Assembly: GCF_006345805.1 (NCBI RefSeq)
Contig: NC_043005.1
Location: forward strand, 45,384,001-45,448,000
Source: Octopus sinensis
Lineage: Eukaryota
DNA length: 64,000 nucleotides
Reading direction: 5' to 3'
This document shows positions 1 to 13,140 of this stretch, one piece after another. The notes beneath the pieces were generated by a model. That model saw only the letters and a program-made list of their open reading frames with translations, ran no database searches and was not told the DNA's origin. The stretch's first letter is position 1. Each line of letters opens with the position of its first letter. A program made the position numbers and the translations under genes.

Positions 1-195
1 ATAATAGGAAACAACACTGCTTCTATGACTATGCCATCTCTTTTATGCATATCATGCTATGCCTTGGCAAGTAGTCACAGGTACACACATACTAACATAT
101 ATGTGTGTGGTTGTATATTTACACATGAACATATATATATAAATATATACATACAACAGACTTTTTCATTTTCTACCAAATCCACTCAAATATTT

Positions 196-905
196 GCTCA
201 ACCAACTGATGCAGTTTATATATATATACATTTCTGTGCACATATATTTATGCATTTATATGTATATGCATATATATACATATATATGTATATGCATATA
301 TATATGTATGTATATATGTGAGTAAATGCGTATGTGTGTATACCTATATGTATATATATATATATATAGATACATACATATACCACGTACATATATATAT
401 AATGTGTGTGTATACATATATATGTACAGACTGGAGCCTAGTGCAGCTTCCTGGCTTCCCAGACTCCAGTTAAACCATCTAACCCATGCTAGCATGGAAA
501 ACGGATGTTAAACGTTTTGATGTACATATAAGTGAGTGGACAAATGAAAAAAGGCACTCAATACATTTAGTAGGAGTTACATATATTATTACTTTAAACA
601 GTTTGATTCAGCCTGATGCTACTCAAAGTTTTGTAGGCTCCTCACAGAAACCTGTATATATACATATGTATGCACACAATGTGTATATATCTGTAATTAT
701 ATATTGATATGTGTGTGTGCATGTGTTTATATATACATATATATATATATATCTATGTTTATATATGTATGTGTGTGCATGTGTTTATACATATATATGT
801 GTGTGTGTTTATATGTCTATACCTCTGTTTATATGTGTGTGTGCATGTGTTTATATATATATATGTATGTATATGTATATATATCTATGTTTATATATGT
901 GTATT
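196..905. repeat. (TA)n/(TG)n low-complexity tracts, interrupted by a short RTE-tail element at ~425-520
   Basis: Degenerate TATATG/TGTG runs; source of the spurious Y/I/M/V-rich ORFs. 425-520 matches the ccatgctagcatggaaaacgga tail family. Confidence 0.9.
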
Positions 906-1011
906 TAATACTAGTTATGATACAGTTTGTTTTCCCAATTTTCTCTCTTTCTTTTATGCATTTTGTTATTTTCTTAACTTAAGCAGAAATTTGTTACACT
1001 TAGATTTATAT

Positions 1012-1290
1012 ATCATGTGATATCATGATCAACCAGACTACTGGCTGTTGCTACACATCGCTGATTGCAGTGCACTTTTGCATTGTTTTAACTTTTGAAT
1101 GATGCCACCCCACTAGCTAGGCAAGTAGGCCGACATGCTCCCTGAACGAGATGCTAATCCATTGCAGTGTCACCAGTTTACGGCTGAGTGAACTGGAGCA
1201 ATGTGAAATGAAGTGTTTTACTCTAGAACATAATGTGCCACCCCTGCTGGAACTGAACCCACAATCCAGCAGTCATTGCCACATGCCTTC
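1012..1290 (-). mobile_element. Diverged tRNA-headed SINE (family C)
   Basis: Similar to the cleaner copies at 30356-30647 and 56253-56552 (gaccagac..tgttgctacac..gcattgtttt..gaatgatgccaccccact). Confidence 0.7.
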
Positions 1291-1335
1291 AAAGATTTAT
1301 ATATAATACATTATATATATATAACATATATGATA

Positions 1336-1377
<42 letters not shown>

Positions 1378-3887
1378 CATATATAATACATTATATATAA
1401 CATGTATAATACTTATGATAAATATATTAACACCTTATGTTTCTGGGTTACCAGTAGGGCATGAAATAGATATAAATCTTTGTGACATCTAATGCTAATA
1501 TAACTTTTTCTTAAACAGTAGAATTGTTTCTTATTGAAATTTTCAGAAACAAATGAAAACTTCTCTGTACTTTTGTAAAACGTGATACAATGATGCCATA
1601 ATGAATATATCTCATAGCTAAGACAGACTGTTATGTTTTGCTATCACTTAATATTGTTGTTGTTAGTGTTGATGTTCCTAATACTGCTGAAACCTTAAAT
1701 ATTATATAGTTTACTCTTCAATTTGTAATTACTCTTAAATATGATAATTACTTTGAATGCAATTTGTTATTTGTAATTACTCTAATAAAAAATATTGTCA
1801 AATGTTATATCCCTATATTAAATCTTTTTTCCTTTTTTGACAAGTTTGATTTGGTAAATTTCGAATTTTTTTTTTACTCCTCTACTGAATTTTTGCTGTC
1901 ATTCTCACTGTGTATTAAATTTAAATATGTATGGTAATTAAATGATAAATCAGGATAATGAACACTAACTCTGTGTGTATGTGTGTGTGTGTGTTTCAGT
2001 TGTCTTAGGAATTCAAAGATAATATCAATGAAAAAGTCCACTTATGATTCATCTTTTACTTATTTTCTTTCTTTCTTCCCACATTTCATAATATTTGTGA
2101 AATAGAATTTAGATATTGCACACCTGACTCTGAATATGTCTTATGAAATATTTGTAAACAAACCTAGCCTGAACTGTTGTCAGCTAATATCTGACTCTCT
2201 CTACCTTTTGCATAATGTTGAACTTCTGCTAGTTTTTTTTTTAGTTTTTTTTTTTATTACATTATTTCGATTCACATTGAGTTTTTGGGGGGTTTTTTTT
2301 TAACATCTGAAGAAATTTATGAATAGAAAACATTAAATATCATATAGTTTAATGAACCAAATTCTATACCCTGCTTGATGGGAATATTATTTCAGAATTT
2401 TTTTTCTTTTTTTTTTTTCTCTCCTATAGATTCTTCAATAATTTTTTTTCTTTTTTTCAAGACAGGTTTTTCTGGATTTTTTTTTTTTTTTTCACAATAT
2501 ATTTATCTTGTGATGAAAACATCTTAAATTGTAAATGCTAACTTGTATATACATATATGTCATATGCATATATTTTAATTTTATATATCCACGTGTCTAC
2601 ATAGAGTTACATGTGATAAGGACTAACTGTATTAAGCAGTTAAAAGATTTTTCTACATACATTAGATCCATATATTTTTTCTGCTCTTAGTTTATTTTTC
2701 AGATACTATCATTATTATTATTATTATTATTATTATTTGCTTTTAGTGATGCTACATTTATCATTGTGGGTTAATTTATCCCAGCCAATTTATAGAAGGG
2801 TTTGACAGCTGTGAGATTGTGATACCAGGAATAGGGCAAAAATTAAAGGCCCTTTTATCTGGACAGTAAATACATACATTCTAATATTAAACAAACTGAG
2901 TTTCTCATTGTAACCAAGCTTTTTTTTTTCTTCAATTTGTTTTATTCACTTTTTTTTTTTTTTAGTTTTAAATTATCATCAGTTATTCCAGAGTTTGCAT
3001 AAAGCTATCAAAGTATCAGTCACTGAAGTAGGAAATCATTATTATTATAAAAGCCTTGCCTGAGATGAGCATCTATGCTGGTTGATGTTCTTCCTTGTGT
3101 ACGGGTTTCAATTTTTTTTTTTTTTTTTACCCAGTTGGAGGCCTTGAAATAGGGGAGGTAACCACATTCCATACTGATCTTGTGTGTTTGTCTCCCTTCA
3201 ACTGAAAATTTGTGGCACAAATGCAAGGACTGTTGGGGTGGGGGATATTTATGTTTTTTCTCTTTTCTTTTTTAAAAAAAATTCCTCTCTTACTAATTTC
3301 TTATATTTTCTAATCTAAAAAAAAAGTAACACAAACAGCTCAAAGCTGACATAGGCAGGACCTTTTCAACTTTACAGAAAGACTAGATTTTAAAATAAGA
3401 TTTTAGCAAAAGGGATATTTTCATATAGGCATTTCAAAAATCAGATCACAGCTGAAGTAAGAACAGTACCATGGCTTTTTGTTAAACCAATTATTTTTAT
3501 TTCAAACTTGCATTTGCGCTTGGCAAGAAAATTATATTGAAGATGTATAAAATAAAAGAAGCTGAGATATCTTTTTTCAAAAAAAAAATTATATATATAA
3601 AGAAATGAAAAAAAAGTCTTAACTGTGACCATTTTTTTTTTGTGTGTTGGAAACTGGAATGACCAAAATCCAGAATATTACAAAAATATTTGAGAAAAGT
3701 TTTAGAGAAATTGATGTTTAAATCTTGTGACTCCAACCCAGAAACATTCATAATGTTATGATTGTAATTATTTTTATTTTTTATTCTGTGATATTGTTAT
3801 TTTTTTTTTTTTTCCTTTTTTTTTTCTAAACATTGTATCTAACTGTTCACTTATAACAGTTTCTGCAACTTGTCATTGCTGCAACTT

Positions 3888-3941
3888 CTACTACTACTAC
3901 TACTACAACTACTACTACTTCTACTACTACTACTACTACTA
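3888..3941. repeat. (CTA)n microsatellite
   Basis: Direct reading; explains the poly-Ser ORF 3851-4042. Confidence 0.95.
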
Positions 3942-5236
3942 TTATTAATAATAATATTATTATCATTATTATTTTCAATGACTTTATTATGATTATTATT
4001 CTTACTAATATCATCACCCGTCTTCACAGTCATTATTATCACCCATCATGTATCCATCATTAATCATTGATCTAATTATTTGTTCAATGTTGCCATTCAC
4101 GTGGGATTGGGAAAGAGGATTTATATTGCTGTTGGTTTTGTGATCCTGATTGAACTTGAAGCTATTTAAATTGTATAGAGTTGAGTCACATCAACATGTT
4201 TAGATTTTGAAACCCATTTTTGCTATTGTGACACAAATTTTTCCTTCTGCAAATGTGTGTGTCTGTGTGTGTGTGTGCACGTGTGTGTGTATGTGCGTTT
4301 GTGTGGTGGGGGTAAACAGTTTGTTTATCCCCGCCACCAATTATAAGTTAACTTTTCCTTTATAACTTTATTACATCTGAATTCTACTTGACAAGAAAAC
4401 AGCATCTGATAAATTTAGTGTTTTGGAAGGATCACTACACCAATAGTAATAATGATAATAATGATTATTGAAGAGAGAGGGCAATTCACTGAGACGGTTG
4501 CGATTAGCAATGAAAGGACTTTGACTAACAAGCAACCAATTGATTGTTTAACCAGGACATTAAACAAACAATCGATTAGTTAGCTGGTTAGATATTTAAC
4601 TAATCGATTAACAATAAATTGTTATTGAACCAGTGCATGTGTTATTATTGGTGTAGTGGCCCTCCCAAAGCACAAGATTTGTTGCAACACAAATTCACAT
4701 CAAGAATCTTGCAAACCAAATACAAAAACTATTTCCTCTTAAATTTGCTTTTTTTTTTGGAGGTGGGGGTAACTATTTTTCACTTTTTTTTTTTTCTGCA
4801 AACTTCCTTAAAAACCCTCTAACTTAACCGTGATCTAATTAACCCTTTCATTTCAAATCAAACTTATTTCAGATTGTTTCAGTCACTATTTTTTTTTGTT
4901 TTTTTTTTGTCTTCACCAAATCTATTTATAAAATGCAAGATAAAGGGAAAAAAAAAGTGTCACTTAGTGATTAGTACATTTTTGGAATGTGAATGCTTGT
5001 TGGTCATTCTTGTTCATTTGGGGGATCACAACTGTTTCTGAGTCTATCTGAAATAAGATACATGTCAAAGAATAATTGGAAAATAAATGTAAAATAAATC
5101 AGTTGTATGTGTTGGCTTTATCATTGATGTTAATTATTGATAATTTTTTTCTTCAGGGTTTTTATTTTAAAAAAATCAGGTTTTTTAACCCTTTTGATAC
5201 CAACCCTTCTGAAACTGCTCCTAGTTCCATTTTGTT

Positions 5237-5458
5237 TTAACCCTTTCATTACTGTATTTATTTTGAGATGCTTTGTGTGTCTTTCACTTACTTTAAATAT
5301 AACAAAGAATTTAATAAAATAACTTAGTTATCATTCAGCTAGTGTTAGGAACATAAATTGTGATTTGGTGGAAGATTTTAATTCAAAACGTTTGAAAACA
5401 AAACATTTGTACTCAGAGCCAGAGCAAGTTTCAGCCGGGTTGGTATCGAAAGGTTTAA
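5237..5458 (-). mobile_element. piggyBac-type (TTAA) MITE nested in the outer copy
   Basis: TTAA-CCCTTTCATTAC ... GTATCGAAAGGT-TTAA: imperfect TIRs with TTAA at both ends. Confidence 0.75.
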
Positions 5459-5532
5459 AGTGTTTTGAATTAAAACCTACCATTAAAATTTTATGTTAAT
5501 ATATGTTCCAAACACCAGCTTCAATAACAATT

Positions 5533-5874
5533 TTCCTCCTCTCCTTAGAAATAAGAAAAAACAATAACATTTAAATGAAACCAAAAGAAAAAGGAGAAAA
5601 AAAAGAAAGCTACAAAGTTTTAATATTCCTTCAGTTTCCTGTAATTCAAACTTTCTCTTGGTCCCAGCAGACAAAATGGAAAAGGCGTTGCCCTGGAAAA
5701 TGGCAAGGAACATGTGCTGGAACAGCCACTCTGACTCACGGGGCTTGCATTTGCAGATAGACATCTCCACCCTGATAGTAATGAATGTGGATATGATTCG
5801 GGGTGGCTGAGAACACAGGTGGTCTCCTCTGCCACAGGCTCGACCATAAACCTGTCAGAGGGTGACCAATACTT
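5533..5874 (-). mobile_element. 5'-truncated 3' end of a CRE-like (RLE-type) non-LTR retrotransposon
   Basis: Flanked by the 10-bp direct repeat AATAACAATT (5523-5532, 5875-5884). Minus-strand peptides SDRFMVEPVAEETTCVL and, after a frameshift, KPRESEWLFQHMFLAIFQGNAFSILSAG resemble the F-x-P-x-A-x-ET-x-G ... FQR-x-S-x-A-x-QRGNA-x-x-IL C-terminus recalled for CRE-clade ORFs. Confidence 0.65.
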
Positions 5875-6764
5875 AATAACAATTATTTGACTACATTCAT
5901 CATTGTTTTTTAAATTACTTGAAACAAAGGCAGTGTATACCATGAGAAATTATGGTAGCAAAAGGGTTAGAATTCTCTTGTACTCTTCTTAAAACAAAGC
6001 AAATTGTTTTTATGTTTTTAGTTTGAAAATGTTTATTGTTGCTCTAAATTATTTTATACCCAAACTCCTTGTTAATGACACTAAAGTCATTATGTCATTA
6101 TTTCTACAGCAATTAAAGAGGTGTATAAAGGAACTGAAAGATTTGAAAACTTTAAATTATCAAAAATGTTGATGATAGGTTGAACAGACTAAGTAACTTT
6201 ATATAATTTATTTAAGTAGTCTTTGGAGGTGGTTTTAATACTGCTGTGTCTGTTTTGATAACCCAAAGAAGAGATTATAACACCAGTATTTTAGAACATG
6301 ACTATTTCTTCATTAGACATTCAAGAAAACATTATGTCAGTGAGATAATTACTTTGGTCTGGTTACAAAAGACTTTAATGTTTTTGATACCAATTCTGTT
6401 AAGAGATCTCTGATTTAGATTATGGGAAACTTAATTTCTAAGTGTTTATATTAAAGTAAAACCTTCTATCATAATTTTAAATAAGGTCTCTTTTTGTTAT
6501 GTTCCAAATTCCAACTGTCGTTTTAACAGTGAAATAAGTTTTATTATTTTACTAAATGGGTCCAAATTTTCACTATTAAAAGGAACACACAAACAATGAA
6601 TATTATTGGAAAGATAGTGTTGTGTGGACCCCCTCAGACGATGAAGTAGGCTAGCCCAATACGTAGATATAGAAGGAGAAGTCTAGACGTCGGGAGTTGA
6701 GTAGAGGTCATCGGAACATGTGATATAACAGTTAGCGAAGTAGGGTTAATATTATGACAGAAAT

Positions 6765-7335
6765 GAAGGCTGTGAACTGGTGAAATGCTTAGTGATATTT
6801 CGTCTGTCTTTACATACTGAGTTCAAATTCCGCCGAGGTCGGGGTGAAAACCTCTTCTTCAGGACATTCGATAAATTAAGTACCAGTTGCATACTGGGGT
6901 CGATCTAATCAACTGGCCCCTTCCCCAAAAATTTCAGGCCTTGTGCCTAGAGTAGAAAAGAATATTATGGCAGAAATGAAGGCAATGAGCTGGCAGGATT
7001 GTTAGCACACCGTACAAAATGCTTAGAAACATTTTGTCCATATTCACAGGTTGATAAAATAGGTAGTAGTTGAGTACTGGGATCGATGTAATTGACTTAT
7101 ACCCTTCCCCGAACTATCTGGCCTTGAGCCAAAATTTGAAACCAACATTAAGACGAATGAAGGTGGAGAACTGGCAAAATGCTTAGCAGCCTTTTGTCTC
7201 TCTTTACATTCTGAGTTCAAATCTTGTCGAGGTTGAGTTTGCCTTTCATCCTTTTGGAGTGTTAATAAAATAAGTACCCATAGAACACTGGGACCAATGA
7301 AATCGATGGTCTTGTGCCAAAACTTGAACCATTAT
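6765..7335 (+). mobile_element. Three consecutive tRNA-headed SINEs (family A)
   Basis: Repeated ggc..gagctggcaga..aaatgcttag..ctgagttcaaattcc (B-box-like)..taagtaccagtt..ggccttgtgcc units at ~6765, ~6980 and ~7160. Confidence 0.8.
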
Positions 7336-7761
7336 TATAACAAATGAATTAACCATCAGTTAACTACCCTGCTAGGATGATAGTTAACTCTTCTGCTCTT
7401 CTCTCTAGTAGCTCCAAATACCAACTCTTCTCTGCAAGCAACTGACACACTGACTACTTTGTACATATTTAATATACATGTAATTATATTTGTAAGTATT
7501 TATAACAAGCCAAGCCTCATGAGTGAAACTGAGCTGACAGAAATTGTGCAGAAGTCAGTCAGATGGATTGTACTGCTAATTAAAAAGTCCAAGTTTATTA
7601 TATCATGTCAGTGATTTAGCGTGAGAATTTACAGTAAGAGTACACATATCTATGGAGTATTCAGTCTCTTACTCTCTAATGGTCACAGAACTAAGATCCA
7701 TTCTTCACTGACCGAATCATTAGTATGCTTAGCAATATTTCTTCCATGTTAATGTTTTACA

Positions 7762-8146
7762 GCACAGGTATGGCTGTGTGGTAAGAAGCTTGCTTTCCAA
7801 CCAAATGGTTCCGAGTTCAGTCCCACTGCATGACAGCTTGGGCTAGTGTCTTTTACTATAAGCTTCAGGCTGACTAAAGCCTTGTAATTGGATTTGGTAG
7901 ACAGAAAGTGAAAGAAGACTGTTATTTGTTTGTATGTATGTACTTGTGTCTCTGTTTGTCCTCCCACCATTGCTTGGTAACCAATGCTGATGTGTTTATG
8001 TTCCCGTAACTCCGCAGTTTGGCAAAAGAGACCAATAGACTAAGTACTAGGCTCACAAAGAATAAGTCTTGGGGGTTGATTTCTTTGAGGTGGTGCTCCA
8101 GCATAGCCACAGTCAAATGACTGAAACAAGTAAAAGAATAAAAGAA
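7762..8146 (+). mobile_element. tRNA-headed SINE (family B)
   Basis: tggctgtgtggtaagaagcttgc..gagttcagtccc head; tail atgactgaaacaagtaaaagaataaaag. Confidence 0.85.
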
Positions 8147-8710
8147 TGCCAGCTAAAATACTTGGTGTCATTTTGTCTGTCTTTACATTTCGAGTTCAAA
8201 TTCCACCAAGATCGACTTTCATCCTTTCAAGATCGATAAACTAAGTATAAGTACCAATGAAGTAGTGAGGTCAATGAAATTGACTATCCCCCTCCCCCAA
8301 ATTTCTGGCCTTGTTCCTATAGAAGAAAGGGCTATTATATCTCTAAATTACTCAATGCCAGAACCTTCCTTTATTTAGACGCCATGAAAGTACCTTAAAT
8401 GATTTTGTTACAGGTTTATTATAGTAGAGGTGCATGGCTTAGTGTTTGCACCCCTGATCATAAATTTGTAGTTTCAATTCCTGGACAGGTGATGCATTGT
8501 GTTCTTGTGCAAAACACTTCGTTTCCACTCAGCTGGCAAAGGGAGTAAATCTGCAGTAGACTGTTGTGTCCAGTGGGGAAATATATACACCACAGAATCT
8601 GGAAAACTGGTCTTATGAGCCTATGGCTCAAGAAGAACCTTTGATCCCATTTTCTACAGGTTTAAAATACCTTGGTGATTTCTTCCTGGACCCTATGGAA
8701 ATTGAAACAA

Positions 8711-9500
8711 GATCATCATCATCATTTAATATCCGTTTTCCATGCTAGCATGGGTTAGAAGGTATGACTGGAGCTAGTGAGCTGGAGAGCTCTACTAGGC
8801 TCCAGGTTGGCAAGGTTTCTATGGCTGGATGCCATTCCTAACACCAACCACTTAACAAAGTGTAATAGGTCCCTTCTACATGACACTGGCACGGGTGCCT
8901 TTTTTCATGTAACCAGCATGGGTATCTTTTAAAGGTCACTGGCACGGGTGTCTGTTACATAGCACCAGCACAGGTGCCTAGTAACTTGCAAATCAAAGGC
9001 CTCGTAGTTGAGAGTGGAAGTGGAACTGAGAGAAGAGGGTGTGTGCCTCACAAAAGGTGAGAGTATGATAGAGGGACAGGGATAGTTGTCATTATAGAGG
9101 AGTTATTTGGTACGCCAGTAGGACAAGGAAGGAGAAAAGAGTTGGGAAAGAATTAAGGGGACAGAGCGAGAAAGAAAAATAGATGATGCGGGGGATGTAT
9201 TGGGTCTGCCCACAGGGGACAGTTGGAGATGGGGTATAAGTAGTGCAAAAGAGATAGAGAGGACTGTTCCATTAGAGTAAGAGGGAATATGTTTTGGGAT
9301 GGGAAAGACATGACTGTAGCAAGTGATGGTGGGGAAAATTGGGGCAGCTGGGAAGTGGGTAGGGAAAATATGTGAGGGCATGAGGCGTTTGCGGAAAGAC
9401 GCATAAGAGAGTGGAGGGGGGCTTGCAGTGGCTGAGATACATGAAGGAAAGGGTCTACCTGGAATGTGTAGTGGGGGAGGGGCATGAAGCATGACTGAAA
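8711..9500 (-). mobile_element. (GAT)n-tailed RTE-related short element with purine-rich body
   Basis: catcatcatc..ttccatgctagcatggg tail; purine-rich continuation. A comparable pyrimidine-rich body plus tail lies in opposite orientation at ~36660-37566. Confidence 0.6.
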
Positions 9501-11294
9501 AAGGTGCCTTCTCGAGCAGAGCAAATCACCAGATGTCTCAGTCATTTGTTGTCTCCTCTGTCATCCTATGTCTACCTGAGTCAACTCCTTCCATGGCTTC
9601 TGTCCACAATTAAAGATCGGCGCTTCTTTATGCAGCTTCCTCATCCATACACATCATGTGACCAAACCAGTGCAGTCTCCTCTTTTGCATACTACATAAG
9701 ATGCCTTTTCTGCCTAATTTTTATCTTAAAACACTTACACACTGTTGCACATGCACACTGATATACTGAATATTCTGTTTCCTATGTGTTAACATACTTT
9801 CACTAATGTGTAGTGTGTGTGTGTGTGTGCATGTGCATTCTGCTAAGGGCTGTTCACCTTCTAAACTAAGTAGAAAGACGACCACTGGAATATCTATCAT
9901 TAAATTACCACTGGAAAGTCAGAAGACTATTGAGATAAAAAAAAAAGCTGAAATCTCTACAACCAGATGTTATAGGAGGAATATTAAAATCATTTCTGAG
10001 ACTGGGAATTGATACACAACTTGTTTCACTTGTAAGGAATCAGGCTATATATGGAAAGAAGAAATTTATCTGAAAAAGCTGATGGGAAAAATAATATGAA
10101 AAAAAAGCAAAAACACCCAGAAAACGAAAATGTTATTGCAATGTTAAATACAGGCTGGCCATATGTTAACATTCTAGCTAATGATAAACTACACAGAAAT
10201 CACTCAAATATTGATTCATTTTTCACCTTGATTATTTTACAGTATTGTTATTTTATTCGCTTCTCTCAATTGAACACAAAATTCACCTATCTTCAGTGGT
10301 TTCAAATTATATGATCAGTTAAATTATATTTCATAGCATACTATTTATTTCAAGGTCTTTTAATCCAACAAATTTCTTCCTTTTTTTTATATAGGAATTT
10401 ATTTTTATTTTCATAATTTAAAAAAAAAATTTTTAGTGCATGTTATGTAGATATTGAAAATTTAAATAAAAAAAAAAGAAAAGAAAAAACTCTTACCGTG
10501 TACACTGAGTATCATTATCGATTATAGTTATTGAAAGCAGTGATTAACATTTTGCAATCTTCACTAATCAGTCAATATTAGGTGATTTGTTTTTGTTTTT
10601 TAATTTTTTTTTAATATTTTTCAAAAAGGAGAAAATACAATATTTCTATTACAAGGTTGTCAGTGCAAATATAACTTCATTGAATTACTGTCAATGACTT
10701 GCTTTGTTTCAATACAGATCTCATCTTGCTAGGATTACTTAATTCTTACATACCTTACCCAAGGTAAGCTTACATGTCTAGTGTTGTGATGGGATTGATT
10801 GATTCCTAAATATGTTGATTTCTGTTTAAAATCCTGTTACGTGATATCTGTGTTGTCTGTTGAACATTTTTTAACAGCTCGGTTGTTCTTGCTTTTCTTA
10901 GTAAAATCAATAACTGTAAGTCAGCTCCTCTTTCAAATATCTGCTTCTCAGGTTCAAACTGACTATATCAATTTGAAAAATAATTCCTATGCTAAGTCAA
11001 CAGAAGCTGATTTAATCTCATTTTACATTTAAACATGAACCAACAAACTCAGAATGATAAATCACTTGTCATTGATGCTTTATTTAGAGTCTAAGTTAAA
11101 ACCTTACTTGAACTGATTTGAACTACTTTCTCTTTCATGCAAATATTTTCTTCTTTTTTTTTTTCTTAAAAATTGAAATATAATTTTACTTAAATATAAA
11201 GCAAACAAGTTTTATTCTTCTATAAGCAAATTATGCACTAACCTTATGAATTTGTTTCAATTAAGTTTGATCCATTTCATCTTTATTTTTTATT

Positions 11295-11675
11295 TGCTTC
11301 AGTCATTAGACTGCGGCCATGCTGGGGCACCGCCTTGAAGAATTTTCAGTTGAATAAATTAACCCCAGTACTTAATTTTTTTTTTCTATAAGCCTGGTAC
11401 TTATTATATCAGTTTCTTTTGCTGAACTGCAATCACACTAACATTGGTTGTCAAGTGGGGTGGCAGGAGCAAGCTCAGACTCAAAGATACAAATACACAC
11501 ACATATTCACACATACAATGGACTTCTTTCAGTTTCCATTTACCACTCACAAGGCTTTGGTCAGTGCAAGGCTATAGTAGAAGACATTTGCCCAAAGTAT
11601 CATGCAATAGGACTGAACCCAGAATCAGGTGGTTGGGAAGCAAACTTCTTACCACACAGCTAACCCTGCACCTAT
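11295..11675 (-). mobile_element. SINE family B
   Basis: Reverse complement of the 7762-8146 type. Confidence 0.8.
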
Positions 11676-12371
11676 AATTTGTTCACTTTATACAGAAATT
11701 TTTTATTAAAAACTCAAATTGCTTTTGTATTGGAAACTTTCAACTGGCAATATATATGTAGAATAATGGGTGTTTCTTGTTATGCATGTTGCATAATTAA
11801 TAAATAGCAATGCTTTTTGTTTCAAAGAATTGTTTTCAGTTGCCAAAATCTGAATGTAGAATTTGTCTTTACCCTCTGGAAGTAGTGAAACAGGTAGAAT
11901 ATATACCAACTAGCAGGCATATATTAATTAAAGAAATATTTAACAGAAATATATTCAGCCAATGCTGTTTGTTTTGCTAGCAGCTACAGCCATAAGAAAT
12001 AGCTAACCATACTGCTGTGTGGTACTTCAGGCTAGAAAAGTTAATATGAAATTTCTGTTGAAGTTGATTAGGTAGGTCTTCCTGTGTGTCATATTAACAC
12101 ATTTTTCTGACATAAATTCCAATTGACAAGAGTTTATTTTAATTCACCTAATACAGTTTCTTCAGGCTTTGTCAACATGTGTATTTTTAAGAGATTCTTT
12201 TGCAAAACTTTATAAACAATAAATCTGAAGATTTGTGGAAAGTCAATCATCCTTATTTAGCTGTTTTAAAAAAAGGTTTGATGCACTTTTAAAAGAAAAA
12301 CAGTGTTATAATAAGCACTGTATAGATCTAAGACTTAAGGTGCTAAAACTACTGATAATACAGGCATAAGT

Positions 12372-13140
12372 TCAGGTGGCAAGCTGGCAGAATCATTAGC
12401 ATGCTGGGCAAAATGCTTAGCAGCTTTTCATATCTTTATGTTCGGAGTTCAAATTCCATCAAGGTTGATTTTGCATTTCATCTCTTCAGAATTGATGAAA
12501 TAAGTACCATTTAAGGACAAGAGTCAATGTAGTCAACTTACCTGCTCCCTAGGAATTTGCTGGCCTTGTGCCAAATATTTAAAACCAAAGAAATGCAGGT
12601 TCTACTCATTCAAAATTGAGAAATTAGCCAAAGAAGGGAATCTATCTGCAAAACTAAAATTGTTCCAAACAAACCACTTTTCTCACACAAGAATAAAAAA
12701 ATGGCAATAAAACTATTTTCCCCTTTATTGCAGAGCAAATTTGGAATTGTTGTAAAGTTCTCTTTGTTCATTTATAAAGTTATTATCTGAGCACAATATT
12801 GTTATTCATCGTTCATTATAACAAGAACCTCTGAGTTAAATGGTTAAAACCTTTCTAGTACAGTCATCAGTGTAAATATAACATTATTCCTTGAATTTAC
12901 AACCTACTCGTATGAACTGTTTTGTTTTAAAATAGATCCTGTCAAAGGCAGTGAGCTGGCTGAATCATTAACACACCGAGAAAAATACTTAGCAGCATTT
13001 TGTCTGTTTTTATGTCCTGAGTTCAAATTCTTTGCTTTTTATCCTTTTAGGGGCTGATAAAGTAAGTACCTGTTGAGCACTGGGATTGATATAATCAACT
13101 TATTCAACTTCCACAAAATTTCAGGCCAGTTCCTATAGTA
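12372..13140 (+). mobile_element. Two SINE family A copies (~12372-12590, ~12945-13140)
   Basis: gagctggc..aatcattagc..gagttcaaatt..taagtacc motifs. Confidence 0.75.

Larger units (their letters stand above)
5185..5970 (+). mobile_element. piggyBac-type (TTAA) MITE, outer copy, interrupted by two insertions
   Basis: Begins TTAA-CCCTTTTGATACC and ends GTAGCAAAAGGG-TTAG. Internal pieces 5459-5532 and 5875-5970 resemble the reverse complement of the nested copy. Confidence 0.6.

Noticed and set aside
25-1020. Y/I/M/V/C/H-rich ORFs here and at 28.4-29.9k, 40.2-42.1k and 57.4-59.5k
   Set aside because: Translations of (TA)n/(TG)n microsatellites, open in several frames on both strands.
5720-5874. 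Possible H/ACA snoRNA (two hairpins, AGAACA, AUA)
   Set aside because: G-U pairs favour opposite strands in the two hairpins, no pseudouridylation pocket is evident, and the segment is better explained as a TSD-flanked LINE C-terminus.
6630-6670. gacgatgaag..aatacgtag hammerhead-like look
   Set aside because: Both core segments deviate and no helix I is found.
9103-9545. Pro/Ser/Leu-rich 129-130 aa ORFs
   Set aside because: Antisense reading of a purine-rich repeat body.
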